From Octopus sinensis (taxonomy: Eukaryota): a DNA stretch of 64,000 nt. Positions 1-11,949 of the stretch are shown here, piece by piece. How positions within the stretch are numbered: position 1 is the first letter of the stretch; each line of letters starts with the position of its first letter. Location of the stretch: NCBI RefSeq assembly GCF_006345805.1, contig NC_042998.1, positions 133,610,001-133,674,000 of the forward strand. Reading direction: 5' to 3'. Made by a program: the position numbers and the translations under genes. The notes beneath the pieces are model-generated. The model saw nothing but the letters and a program-made list of their open reading frames with translations, made no database searches and was not told where the DNA came from.

Positions 1-59
1 TGCCATCATTCATATTTGCCAACGTGTCCTGTTTCGAGAGAGTAGACATATTTGATCGC

Positions 60-830
60 AACTAGAAGCTGCAACCTGAAGTCTCATTCATCTGTCTCAT
101 ATCGTACAGCAGATAAAAAGTTTTCTGTCTAAACAGCTGTCGCACATTCAAGCTGTGCAAAATATACCAACACATACCTGAGACGCTTACACCAAGACAT
201 CTCTTAAATGGAAATCTTTGAAAACTCATGCGAAGAGAGTAGAAAAAATTTTAGAAGCCATTGTGTTGTGGTTAACGAACTCCGCGTTCAGTAAACAAAC
301 ATCAGGGGAAAATACGATGTTTCAGATTCTACAATAGCATATTGTAACTTGTAACATCTAAATTGATCAATCATTAGAACCAATATTTAACATGAATTTG
401 ATAAAAAATATACAGTACGGTAAGAAAATCTATTTAGATACGATCTGCATCACCTGGTGCGGTTTATCAATCTTTACATTGGCCTCTAGTTTCCTACCAG
501 TGACAAATTATACTTTCCAGAGAATGCACTGAATACTTCTGGTAGTATCGTCCGCCTCAAACAAGACAAGATATATTCACTACTGTTTTTGCCCAGGACT
601 TACAATACACTTCCAAGAATATCATCCACCCATCTAGTTCCAGACTGAAACAACCCTGCCACTCCGCTGGTTCTATGCCACCGAAACGTGAGATGGATTA
701 CACAGGACTGCCTCTCAGAAATCCTTGTCTTGCCTATAGCTTCCAAATGTGTTGATCTGAAATCGTTTAGCAAGTGACTAAGATTGCAAGAAAATCCAAA
801 GGAGTAAACATTTTCAAAACGACTTACATT
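60..830 (+). mobile_element. Highly degraded RTE-like non-LTR retrotransposon remnant
   Basis: Frameshifted translations give TAVAHSS (~135-155, cf. RT ADDxAxxAHS), DSTIA (cf. GSTIS) and LRW...REMDYTGLP (cf. RTE QLRWxGHVxRMDxxRLP). Many stops; manual motif matching only. Confidence 0.35.
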
Positions 831-898
831 TCAGAAAGTTCTCCAAAGATTCTGTGTCGAACTGCATAGGTGGTAAGCCACTTTTGTCAAACTCTCTA

Positions 899-900
899 AA

Positions 901-992
<92 letters not shown>

Positions 993-1036
993 GAAGAAGA
1001 AGAAGAAGAAGAAGAGAAGAAGAAGAAGAAGAAGAA
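899..1036 (+). repeat. Compound microsatellite (TAA)n then (GAA)n
   Basis: Read directly from the sequence. Confidence 0.98.
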
Positions 1037-1159
1037 ATTGTCTTAACAGGCACACTACGATTGTCTTAACTGGTACGTCACACGTACTGAGAAGAGCATT
1101 GTCACTGTGATATTTCTTTCCTCTCTTCCTCTTTATTTTCTTTCATTCATTTTTATTCT

Positions 1160-1277
1160 TTTATTTCTTTCGGTCATTTGACTACGACCAAGCTGGAGCA
1201 CCGCCTTTACTCGAGCAAATCGACCCCAGGAGTTATTCTTTGTAAGCCTAGAACACACACACACACACACACACACC

Positions 1278-1327
<50 letters not shown>

Positions 1328-1418
1328 ACAACGTTTTTTTTTCTATTTCCGTCTACCAAATCCACTCACAAGGCTTAAGTCGGCCCGAGGATATAGCAGA
1401 AGACACTTGCCCAAGGTG
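1160..1418 (-). mobile_element. tRNA-derived SINE family A, partial copy with internal (CA)/(TA) tract
   Basis: Matches other copies in the window (gctggagcaccgcctt...gacacttgcccaaggtg); 5' head missing. Confidence 0.85.
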
Positions 1419-1609
1419 ACTTTTTTCTCTCTATCTTTCTTCCTCTTTTTTTTCTATCGCATCACTTTTGAAATGAACAATGTAGTATACATTGCATTTC
1501 TCTGCTCTAATTGTCAGGAAGACACTCGGCAAGAAATGGAAATAGAATTGGAAGAAGATGGTAATGAAATTAATAATAATGATCATCATCATCATCATGA
1601 TAGATGAGA

Positions 1610-2077
1610 ATTTCAAGATCTTATGGAACTTCCCTTAAAGACTGACTATGCCATTGAAGCAAGAAGACCAGATATAATTAAAGAGAACAAAATAAGCAAA
1701 GTGTAAGATCATAGAGTTTGCAGTGCTCAATGATACTTGAGGCGATACCGAAAAATATTGAAGAATATCAGAATCTTGCCAGAGAGCTGAAAAGACTATG
1801 AAAAACTAAGACAACAATTATTCCTGTGGTAATTGATGCACTTGGCACAACACCTGAAATGCTACCTAAAAGACTGAAAGATATTGGAACTGGAACTCGC
1901 AGAAAAGTACTGTAGAAAAGTACCATCCTATATACTGCAAGAATTCTATGTAAGATTGTTGCAGTTGGAGGAGACTTGACATTAAAACTCAAAATAATAT
2001 TCCTGCTGATTAAATTAAAATGTAGCCCCCTACGCATGCTAGATTCTAGGAACTCCAGCAAGACCAGTGATAAAGAG

Positions 2078-2078
<1 letters not shown>
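1610..2078 (+). mobile_element. R4/Dong-clade non-LTR retrotransposon 3' end (restriction-like endonuclease domain plus 3' UTR), degraded
   Basis: Translations KILWNF, TDYAIEARRPDII, EEYQNLARELKRL, TTIIPVVIDALGTTP, STILYTARIL match the R4/Dong PD-(D/E)xK REL domain. About 100 nt of 3' UTR runs into (TAA)n. Confidence 0.85.
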
Positions 2079-2150
<72 letters not shown>

Positions 2151-2219
2151 TATAATAATAATAATAATTATTGTAATAATAATAATTATAATAATTATAA
2201 TAATAATAATTATAATAAT

Positions 2220-2266
<47 letters not shown>

Positions 2267-2301
2267 TGATGATGATGATGATAATAATAATAATGATGAT
2301 G

Positions 2302-2369
<68 letters not shown>

Positions 2370-2470
2370 AATAATATAATAATAATGATAATGATGATGA
2401 TGATGGTGGTGGTGGTGGTGGTGTTGGTGGTGGTGGTTATGATGATGATGATGATGATGATGATAATAAT
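2079..2470 (+). repeat. Compound (TAA)n/(TGA)n/(TGG)n microsatellite
   Basis: Read directly from the sequence. Confidence 0.98.
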
Positions 2471-2996
2471 AAATGCCCTGATGCAGTACCAGACTGGCTC
2501 TCATTGCTTCTGATCTTAACTGATTGAAAGTGTTATCATGTATATTGTTTTGTCTTGGTATAAAAGATGGGCTACAGCAAATATTCTGCTCAATACCACA
2601 GATTAGCTTGACAGTTGTTTGACCTTAACCAGTTGAGCATGTCCCTTAGTGGCTGACGATGTGTGCATCTCTGATCACGAGCAGAAGTACTGGGGGAGCA
2701 TCATAGCCATGTATAGAGAGAGATTCTTTGGGGTTTGAATAATTCACATCTGGAAACAACCCTTATTCAGGGACCTATTGAGCGAGATGGGTTACTCGAC
2801 CAGAAGAAAATTCTAACAGGGCCCCACCTACAAGGTCATGTGCTGTTTATCTTGATATGAGATCACCATATCACGCACATATGGTTGTGATGCATGTACC
2901 TAGTGTACCCTTATCAGACGAGTAGTCTTGATGAGTACACTGGGCTTCGTATATTTTACCCCAGTGTCACTTTGATGGCATGCACTGCTCTCACTC
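2471..2996. mobile_element. Non-coding ~525-bp element bracketed by TAA arrays; probable interspersed repeat of unknown class
   Basis: Complex sequence without an ORF, flanked on both sides by TAA-type arrays and lying between two Dong fragments. Only one copy in the window. Confidence 0.45.
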
Positions 2997-3028
<32 letters not shown>

Positions 3029-3030
3029 TG

Positions 3031-3123
<93 letters not shown>
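2997..3123 (+). repeat. (TAA)n microsatellite
   Basis: Read directly from the sequence. Confidence 0.98.
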
Positions 3124-3126
<3 letters not shown>

Positions 3127-3410
3127 GAAGAGTTCTGGAAGAAGATATGGAGTAACAAAATAGAATATAATGCTCAAGCTAACTAGATAGAGTGTGAGAA
3201 AATGAGACTGGATGAAGTCAAAGAGGAGAAATGGAAGGTAATACGGACAGAAGAGCTAAGGTGTGTTCTTGGGAAGTCTCACAAATGGAGAACTCCAAAA
3301 CTGAAATAAAGTCCTAATATCTGGCAAAATAGCATGACAGAAGTAAGCAAAATTTAGCTGCATCTCTGACTGATGTCATCCAAAACCCAGATCATATAGC
3401 TGATTGTCTT
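3124..3410 (+). mobile_element. R4/Dong-clade fragment, region just upstream of RT
   Basis: MEEFWKKIWSNKIEYNAQAN*IE, EELRCVLGKSHKWRTP and NLAASLTDVIQNPDHIADCL match FWxxIW...HNxxAxWI, WKxPG and PExIPxWL motifs. Begins directly after (TAA)n. Confidence 0.7.
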
Positions 3411-3521
3411 TTTCTTTTCCCATTGTGAACTATATGGCTGGCTTTATTGAATTCACATGATCTAATAGCACTTGGACATCTTCCTGGCGGGGCCAGAGTA
3501 TGGTGTCATCAACATATCGCA

Positions 3522-3680
3522 GTCACAGGCACAAGGCCTGAAATTTTGGGAGAGGGTACCAGTCGTTTAGATCGACCCCAGTACACAACTGGTACGTAAT
3601 TTACCGACCTCGAAAGAATGAAAGGCAAAGTCGACATCGGCCGAATTTGAACTCAGAACATTAAGACAGAAGAAATGCCA
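3522..3680 (-). mobile_element. tRNA-derived SINE family B, partial
   Basis: Reverse complement matches B copies (gttctgagttcaaatt...gtcgactttgcctttcat...ccttgtgcct). Confidence 0.8.
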
Positions 3681-4317
3681 CTAATAATAATAATAATATT
3701 AGTCACAAAGCTATGGTTTTGAAACAGATGGATGAGATTAAGAACAGCGTTTATTAACATTTTTTAATATATTCATTACCATTATTACTACTTCGATATT
3801 ACTCTATTCTAGAAATCAATATTTTCTTACTGCTTTAGAGAAATTTATATCTTCTCGAAATATTATCACACTTTCTTATTGCTGGATTCCAATCCAATCA
3901 CCTTTTTTATGATTCCACACACAGTAGAAAATGATGAGTTACAAACATCTGAAATCGATATATTTTTTATTTTCAATAACCGACATTAAATACATATAAC
4001 AATAAGAACCTATCATTGTTGTTGTTGTTATCCAATATTGAATGTGCTTCAGTTTGGCTTGTAGCAGATTGGTTGTTTTTGTTGGAAACTCTTTGGTTTG
4101 TTTTGATTTGCGAGTGGCATTTCATTGAATAAGGAACCTTCCTTGACAGTGTGAAGGGAGGGGAGCAGTAAGTTTGAACCCTCTCTCATGACAAAAATTT
4201 CACCACTTCATAAATGTTTAAATTTAGAGGCACCAAAACACATACCCGCCAAACCATATATAATTGAAGGAGTGCAAAGAATTTCTCTGACTACGACAGT
4301 GAATAGCGGTAATAAGG

Positions 4318-4530
4318 ATAATGATAATCCTTTCTTCTATAAGCACAAGGCCTGAAATTTTGCGGGAGGGGACTAGTCGATTATACCACCCCAGTGTTTC
4401 ACTGGTACTTAATTTATCGACTCCGAAAGGATGAAAGGCAAAATCAACCTCAGCGGAATTTGAACTCAGAACGTAGCGACTGGCGAAATACCGCTAAGCA
4501 TTTCGTCCAGCGCATTCAGTGCTCTAACAC
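4318..4530 (-). mobile_element. SINE family B with ATT-ending tail
   Basis: Same family; reverse-complement tail ccttgtgcttatagaagaaaggattatcattatcc. Abuts and truncates the Dong fragment. Confidence 0.85.
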
Positions 4531-5480
4531 CTTGTCTGTCTTAAAGTCCCAGAGGATTTTTACCTTCCCCTTTTTGTCCATTACCTTTTCCGGTGTATGT
4601 TGGTACCAAGCACCCGTTATTTCGTATCCGTACTTCCAGTAGCAAGTGAAGATTTTGCGATACCTTGTAGTGTCTGCGCATGTACTCTTTCTGCGCAAGA
4701 CTTTCAGAAGCACTAACAATATGAGTCACGCTTTCGACCCTCTTCCTTCATACTCGGCACAGGTTCATTACATTTGTGTGGTATATATCCCTTCTCACTG
4801 AGTTGGTACTCAATGCCTGATCCTGGGCAGCGATGATTAGGCTTTCAGTGTTCTGTTTTAGGTCACCCTTGCTGAACCACCCCCATGATGCTTCCTGGTC
4901 TTTTAAGTTGTTAGCTTCACGGTAGAACTGACCATATAATTACATACAGAGTAGGATTTCTTCTCTCTCGTTAGCTGTTTCTGATCCGAATTCATGAGCA
5001 CCCTCAAGTCCATTTTTGCTAACTCCTTCTACACTAGCAGCATACTGTAGCAGGTCTTCTTTGCTGTTTACCAAATATTTTGCCGTGTTTCTTCTTTCAT
5101 TGTTGATGCATTCCCATACGCTAGTCAGCCCACGTCCACCTTTACCTCTCTTCATGTAGAGCCTGTGTACACTCACCTTAGGGTAGAGGGCACCATGCAT
5201 TGTCACTGCCTTTCAGGTAGTGCGATCGAGTTGGTTAATTTCCGCTTGTGTGCATTTTAGTATGGGAGCACTATAGCAGACTAGAGCAACAGCCCATATG
5301 TTGATGGCAGTCACAAGGTTCTTTGAGTTGAGTTTTGAATTCAAGGGAAGTTTGAGGCACTTGAATTATTCAGTGATGGCCATGTCTTTCATTTCTCTGT
5401 GCAAGATATTGTCCAGCTCCAGGATCTTGTGGTACTTGTACCCATCATCATCCATTCTCTCTCCGTTTGGCAATTCTATG
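4530..5480 (-). mobile_element. R4/Dong-clade non-LTR fragment (RT thumb, linker, CCHC-type knuckle, start of REL)
   Basis: DGYKYHKILELDNI, SKLNSKNLVTAINIWAV, MHGALYPKVSVHRLYMKRGKGGRGL, YGQFYRE, ESLIIAAQDQALSTN, THIVSASESLAQKEYMRRH, KVKILWDFKTD. Frameshifts and stops present. Confidence 0.9.
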
Positions 5481-5487
5481 CCCTACA

Positions 5488-5499
5488 ATATTATTATTA

Positions 5500-5561
<62 letters not shown>

Positions 5562-5591
5562 TTATTATTATTATTATTATTATTATTATCG

Positions 5592-5639
<48 letters not shown>

Positions 5640-5690
5640 TATTATTATTATTATTATTATCAACATCATCATTACTATTATTATATTAAT
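5488..5690 (-). repeat. (TAA)n on the minus strand, immediately 5' of the Dong fragment
   Basis: Read directly as (ATT)n on the plus strand. Confidence 0.97.
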
Positions 5691-6119
5691 GCCTTGCGAT
5701 TATAACAATCGTGTTAAAATGTATTTCTATATAGGTTATTGAACACTTACCGACGAATCTTATTCATAAGAAAATTTCAAGCAAAATATTATCATTTGCC
5801 TTGAATATTTTATCTCATAGAAGTAATTATGTTAAGAAATTGCATTTCATTCCATATCAAAATGCAGGTGACTAAATTTGCGAGAAGCTTTTAATAAATG
5901 ATTTGGGAAACGACTTACGCAGAACTATTAAATTGCTGCAAAAATAATTACTTTTTGTTATATTAAAACCGTATGCATAATTTGGAATAAAATCTTATAT
6001 ATCATTTTCAAGCACCATGTTGATCTATTGTTTTATCCTATTGGCGCTGCTTTTGCGGTTTATTTTTGATTAACCGAGGCTGTCGAATAAAAGAAGGAAA
6101 CAAAAGGAATTCGAGTGAT

Positions 6120-6675
6120 TTAATTGTATGAGTTTAAAACAGAACGCAAACATGGAAAACTGCTTGCAATAATAAACCAGGCATCTGGCTAGGGGGTCTA
6201 TCAACACACGAACGTACAACTCAATATTAATTTCAAAACTGTTGTGATAGAGACGTTAACCCTAGAAATAGAAAGGTCGTGAGCAACATTCTGCAAATGA
6301 GAGCTACTAATTAAGAGCTTTTATTTGAACTAGACTGACGTGGAACATTTCGAGAACTTGCATTATTGAACGTTGCCCGGTCAAACTGTTTGTTGTTCGT
6401 AATACATAGAGCAGTAAACAAAATATCGATAAATAGGAAAAAGAAACGGAGTGCCCCAGCTGGTCTAGCTACCAACTAGTAAGCTATGGGCTTCTTTTGC
6501 TCCTCAAAAACGATCAATTTCATAACCATTTGGGGAAATATAGTGAAAAATAGATAGTGTACACCTATCGGCATTCTGAGCAGTAGCTGGACCGTACTAA
6601 AACTGAAAGCAATTTTTTTTTCTCAGCCAGAGCTGCTTCAAAAAATTATAGTCAATGTTTGGTGGTCTGGCGGAT
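6120..6675 (+). mobile_element. Degraded mariner transposase remnant (N-terminal HTH to first catalytic Asp region)
   Basis: LYEFK, ERTTQY*FQ, SEK*IVY and QPELLQKIIVNVWWSGG match mariner LYEFK, ERTxQxWF, DEKWxxY and PxLHxKKxMLxVWW motifs. Confidence 0.65.
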
Positions 6676-6759
6676 TTTTAGTTGTTGTTGTTTAACAACT
6701 GTGTGATCAGACAGGAGAGTGTCGGAAGTGTCTCTGAGGAGCGTCATCGAGAGATGCTT

Positions 6760-7480
6760 GCTCCGAGGAGCTAAGGGTAATGAAATGACGATAGAAAAAG
6801 CTGTGAAAAGAGAACGTTTTTGTGAGCTACTCGAGCGGCCTTTCTTTGGATGTGGTCGAAGAAGTCTCTAGGTTAGCAGTATGGTCCTAAATGTGGAAAC
6901 AGCACTTCGATGTATGTCTCACATGAATATTGTTGACGGATAATAGTTGTTGGTGTATAAAGTATTTCCTGACACTGAAAGAAAAGAATAGTTTTCTAGA
7001 TGCTGTGTTTGCATCATCAGGAAAGATCCACAGTGATGGTGAAGGTCAGAGCATTGACAGTTGCTAAATATGTGCTGTTCGTGTTAATATTTTGTTGGTA
7101 TGTGTAGTGATTGTCTTTGTGCTGTTGAAGGAAACAAAATTGTGATGATCTCATTTTCCGAGTTTCTGGAATCAGCTCAGATTGGTTTGAAATGTCTAGG
7201 TTTTATTTGGATGATGTTTACACACCAAACATTAGAGAGGGTAAAAGATAGTATAATCTGTCTAGGAATAGGCGTAATCGAACGTGACTGCAGGTATATT
7301 CATTGATATCATAGGAGGAAGTGTGGGAGGTAGAAAACTGAACCTTTGGGTTGATAAATGGTGATTGAGAGGAGTTTCCGTGAGCACACGCCAAGAAAAG
7401 ACGATCTGACATACCCAAGAGACGAGAGCTGTGGAGAGAACATAAGCGGCCAGTTTTATTAGAAAAACGTTGTAAACATC
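6760..7480 (-). mobile_element. Degraded CR1/L2-group LINE reverse transcriptase remnant
   Basis: PKGSV..PTL....INE (cf. PQGSVLxPTLFLLYIND), NFVSFNSTKT, ASRKLFF..VRKYF..QQLL, FDHIQRKAARV. Confidence 0.65.
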
Positions 7481-8055
7481 TCATGAAATTTTAAAAGGAC
7501 TTAGATACAACGAAACCATAAACAGCGAAAGAAGTTTAAATACAAGTTTATTTTTATCTCATAAACATGTTTATTGCTTAATATTATGTATTGAATCAGT
7601 TGCATTGTTTGCTATAAATTATATTTATGTATTCTGTATACTGTATTTGGAATTCTTGCTTGCTTTCAGTAAAACTTAAACTTTGATATTTCTGATGAAT
7701 TGTCTTACCTTCAGGGCGAGAGAATTAAGTGTTCTTTATAAATTTATTCGTTTAAAGCTTTCACATTTCATCTTCTCTCATCTCAATAACTTGATCATTG
7801 TATTTTGTTTAATAATTTCGAATTGAACAAGCTATTGATACAAATATGCTTCACTGTTAAAAATGTAATTCCTGTAACTTCAAAACACATCCACATCAAT
7901 TTGTACAATAAAAATATTGATGCAAAGGAATATTGACTTCTCGAATAAAACCTCCTTCACTCCCGCCTTTCGGAAGAAGTGGATGATGTTATTGTATAAA
8001 TTATATATTTAATTTAGAAATATGTATAAAAAAATAATGCTGAAGTTGACCAGTA

Positions 8056-8216
8056 ACTTTTCTAAAATTGATTGGTGCAAATCTAAAATTGGTCGGTGCA
8101 AATCCAATATTGGTCGGCACAGATCTAAAGCTGGTCGAAAAACCCTATGTGTTGATTGTTTCCTATAATAAGCCTTGTGAGTGGCTTTGAAAGACCGATA
8201 CTAAAAGAAGCCCGTC

Positions 8217-8250
<34 letters not shown>

Positions 8251-9456
8251 TTTACATGTTTTAATCATTAGACTGCGGTCATGATAGGTCACCGCCTTAA
8301 AGAATTTTTAGTAGAATAAATCGACCCCCAGTACTTATATTCTTTTTACTTTAAGCCCAGTACTTATTCAGACGGTCTTTAGCGGAACTGTTAAGTTACG
8401 GGGACGTAAACACGCCAACACCGGTTGTCAAGCAGTGAAATGGATGGAAAACAAAGACATACCCACACATATTTACGACACAAAAACACACATATACGAG
8501 AAGTTTCTTCTAGTTTCCGTCTACCAAATCCACTCACAAGGTTTGGGCGGCCAGCGACTCAGCGACTATAGTAGACGACACTTGCCCAAGGTGTCACGCA
8601 ATGGTGGTGAACCAGAAACTATGAGGTTGGGAAGAAAACTTCTGACCACACAGCCACTATAATATTGATATATATATATATATATATATATAATGTACAC
8701 AGGCTTGTGTTGTCACATAGCTAGCTATCGACGATGACCTCTTGGAGCTAATCAACGGCAGCATTCGTCCTATTGTTCTGGACTGTCATGTTAGCTTAGT
8801 GATAACTATTAATATCCAGTACTGCTGCCGTAGTCTCCTTTAGAAAGATTTAGAAATATATATCTATATATATATATATATATATATACATACACATGCT
8901 ATGTAACTCTATGTTTGTATTCCACCACCGCTAGACAACCGGTACAGATTTCATTAGATCCCTGTAACTTATCGGCTTCGCGGAAAGGGGCTGGTATAAT
9001 AAGCACCATGCATCGATTCGTTCGACTAAAATTCTTCAAAGCAAAATCCCTGCATAACAGTTTCTCTAATGACTGAAACATGTACAAGGATACGTCTATA
9101 AAGTATTTTTGGAATTCGAGATTACTTTTAGACACAAGTCCCCGTAACTTAACAGTTCCGCTAAAGACCGACTGAATAAGTACTGGGCTTAAAGTAAAAA
9201 GAATATAAGTACTGGGGGTCGATTTATTCTACTAAAAATTCTTTAAGGCGGTGTCCTATCATGACCGCAGTCTAATGACTAAAACATGTAAAAGATATAT
9301 ATATATATATATATACGACGGGCTTCTTTTAGTATCGGTCTTTCAAAGCCACTCACAAGGCTTATTATAGGAAACAATCAACACATAGGGTTTTTCGACC
9401 AGCTTTAGATCTGTACCGACCAATATTGGATTTGCACCAATCAATTTTAGAAAAGT
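8056..9456. repeat. Inverted duplication: arms 8056-8405 and 9138-9456, 732-bp spacer
   Basis: Arms are near-identical reverse complements and include non-SINE flank. They differ mainly by one 21-bp unit, (TA)n length and a few SNPs. Confidence 0.95.
8248..8660 (-). mobile_element. SINE family A, near full length
   Basis: Head (tggctgtgtggtcagaag), body and tail (ggcggtgacctatcatgaccgcagtctaatga) present on the minus strand. Confidence 0.85.
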
Positions 9457-9753
9457 AAACAGAAGAGGAATTTGTAATTTTTCGAATAAATTTTCTCGCT
9501 TTCAGGTCGGTACGATTAAATATTCTTCTTAAATATTTGTATTTGTACACACCCACTTGCGCACATATCTATTTTCTTTTACTTAGTACATACGTTCGAG
9601 TACGGCCATGCTGTGGCATCGCCTTGATGAGTTTAGTCGAACAAATCAACCCTCGCTACTATTTTTTCAAACCCGGTACTTATTCTATCGGTTGTCTAGC
9701 AGTTTTTTGAAAACAAACGTAAACACACACGTATGTGTATATATATATATATA

Positions 9754-10061
9754 TCACGTGATCACGTGACCGACCAGGCTATCAGATGTTGCTACACATC
9801 GCTGGTCACAATGCACTTCGCATTGTTTTAGCCTTCAAATGACGCCACCCCGCTGGCTAAGCGAGCAGGCCAACAGAAGAAAGAGCGAGAGAAAGTTGCG
9901 GCGAAAGAGTACAGCAAGGATCGCCACCATCCCCTGCCGGAGCTTCGTGGAGCTATAGGTGTTTTCGCTCAATAAACACTCACAACACCCGGTCTGGTAT
10001 TCGAAACCACGATCCTACGACCGCGAGTCCGCTGCCCTAACCACTGGGCCATTGCGCCTCC
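9754..10061 (-). mobile_element. tRNA-derived SINE, full length (family C-type head), nested in a SINE A copy
   Basis: Minus strand starts GGAGGCGCAATGGCCCAGTGGTTAGGGC (A box) with GGTTTCGAATACC (B box) and ends in cacgtgatcacgtga. SINE A pieces flank it (9575-9730 and 10062-10098). Confidence 0.8.
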
Positions 10062-10149
10062 ACATGTGGCTCGTAAGCAAGCTACTTACCACACAGTCAT
10101 TCACAGTTCCTGGTGAGTGGACTTGGTAGGCGGAAACTGAAAGAAACCC

Positions 10150-10280
10150 GTCGTATATATATATGTGTGTGTGTGTGTTGTGTGTGTGTGTGTGTGTGTG
10201 TGTGTGTCTGTGTCTGTGTGTGTGTGCGTGTGTGTGCGTGTATGTGTGTGTGTGCGTGTGTGTGTGTGTGTGTGTACATA
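10150..10280 (+). repeat. (TG)n microsatellite in a SINE A interior
   Basis: Read directly from the sequence. Confidence 0.95.
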
Positions 10281-10862
10281 TACATTCATACATACGTACA
10301 TACTTACATGCATAGAGACACACAAACACACATTATATCGTTTGAGATTTTTTTATTCTAATTCATATTTCTTCATTTTTCATTATTTTTTTAATACAAA
10401 AATACTGAAATTTATGTAGAAATTTTATTTACATCTCTGCACTGTCGTATCTATTATTCTATTATTTCTGTTGTTAATACTTTTGTTGTGTCAATTTCTA
10501 TTATTAATATTTTCTCTATACACACATCTTTGTGATGTTTTAGGTCATTTTTATTATAGTTGCTGTGTATGGTTATAATTCCTTATATTTTTTCTTTGTT
10601 TACTTTCTCCTTTGTCTGGTTCTTTTAACCATTTCCAGCCGAACTCTATTGTGATACACACGTACAACATGCCAAAAGATTCACTACAAGTAATAATCAC
10701 TTTGATTAATCATTTTACTTTATCATCTTTTTAACGTTAATTTAAAATCTGTTTAGCTGCACATAAAAAAGAAAAACTGCATCCGCACTCAGATAAATAC
10801 CACATACACAATACACAGGCATCCCAGATCCTTACATGTAAACAAAGGCACAACAACGTGTG

Positions 10863-11530
10863 TGTATTAGGTTGGAAAGAAAGTCCTGATATATTTCATG
10901 ATGAAAAAGAAGCAAATGCTTCTTTGGTCTTCATTGATAGATTTTATCAAAATAGTATTGCCTCGAGGGTAAAATTCTTTAAGTTTTGAAGTAAAGAAAC
11001 ACTCCATATCATTTTTAGTCCCTTCAAAATTCATAAACTGTTTTCCCTTAAAAACTGTTGGAATAAATTGAAAAGATGATAGTCAGATGTAGTAAAGTCA
11101 GGAGGGTAACAAGAATTAGGTAAAACTTCCATATTTATTACCATAATCTTTGCCAAAGTGACTTGGGCAATATAGAATCTTGAATTATCGTGTAAGAATT
11201 TACAATTAACCAACGTTGGGCGCTTTTTCTGCAATGTTTTGCACAATGCCTCCAATTAACGACAATACTACTCCGCGTTTTGGTTTTAAAATTTATGATA
11301 GACGATATCTGTCACATTTCACCAAACATACAACATAAATTTTTGCAGGTGTAGTCCTAGTTTGGTGGTAAATTCTTTCTTTTCATTGGGTGCTGACTTT
11401 TGTCCTTTTTCGTTGGATTTGAGTATTGAGAAGCCATTTTTCATTATTTGCATTGCATAGCAGAGTATCACATCATGATTTGATATTTTCAACAAAAATA
11501 CAAAAGAAAATATGTTATAAAACTACTATA
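10863..11530 (-). mobile_element. Degraded mariner (DD34D-type) transposon, 3' half with terminal inverted repeat
   Basis: NEKWLL, GLHLQKFML, KKRPTLVN..LHDNSR, EVLPNSCYPPDFTTSDYHLF match mariner HDNARPH and YSPDLAPSDYHLF. The tattaggttgga end resembles a mariner TIR. Confidence 0.85.
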
Positions 11531-11949
11531 TATTCATCTTCTGATTGACCAATAATTTCCAGTGATTTTTGCAATGAGAATTAGCATTAAGCGATAGATA
11601 TGTATTTCGAATCATGCCAACAGATTTATTTTACAGTCTCGATCTCAGAAATATTGCTTGATGTTATTCAAATATGTGCGCGTGGCGATTCCTTGGGCAC
11701 ACATTATATCAATTTATTTCATCTCCTCAATACCTATGTTATTTTAATTCATCGGAATTTCTTTACATACCGCAAAGAGTACGATAGTACTCCCCCCAAC
11801 TGTTGTGTATCATGCGGATAGCATCTCTAGAAAATTTCCAGCCGTCAGGATGAATTGAAACTGAGATCAAAATCACTGGCTCAGTTTGAACCACTTTACT
11901 GGATTCATGCTTCTTACCCTACACCCAATCGACGACCAACAGATTAAAC

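Noticed and set aside
2760-2850. HDV-like ribozyme in the orphan element, as known for some R2/R4 elements
   Set aside because: Could not build the P1/P1.1/P3 nested pseudoknot by eye.
7709-7872. Minus-strand exon candidate with AG|GTAAGA donor
   Set aside because: Stops in all three frames from either acceptor; at most a non-coding exon and not supportable without RNA data.
8060-8140. 21-bp tandem units and other short tandem repeats (e.g. 23-bp duplication at ~20885-20931) as CRISPR-like arrays
   Set aside because: No unique spacers, no cas genes, eukaryotic context; these are ordinary minisatellites.
10062-10160. Opposite-orientation SINE A head and body as a second twin-priming event
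   Set aside because: The head belongs to a minus-strand copy (tail at 9575-9730) split by a nested SINE; no shared TSD was found.
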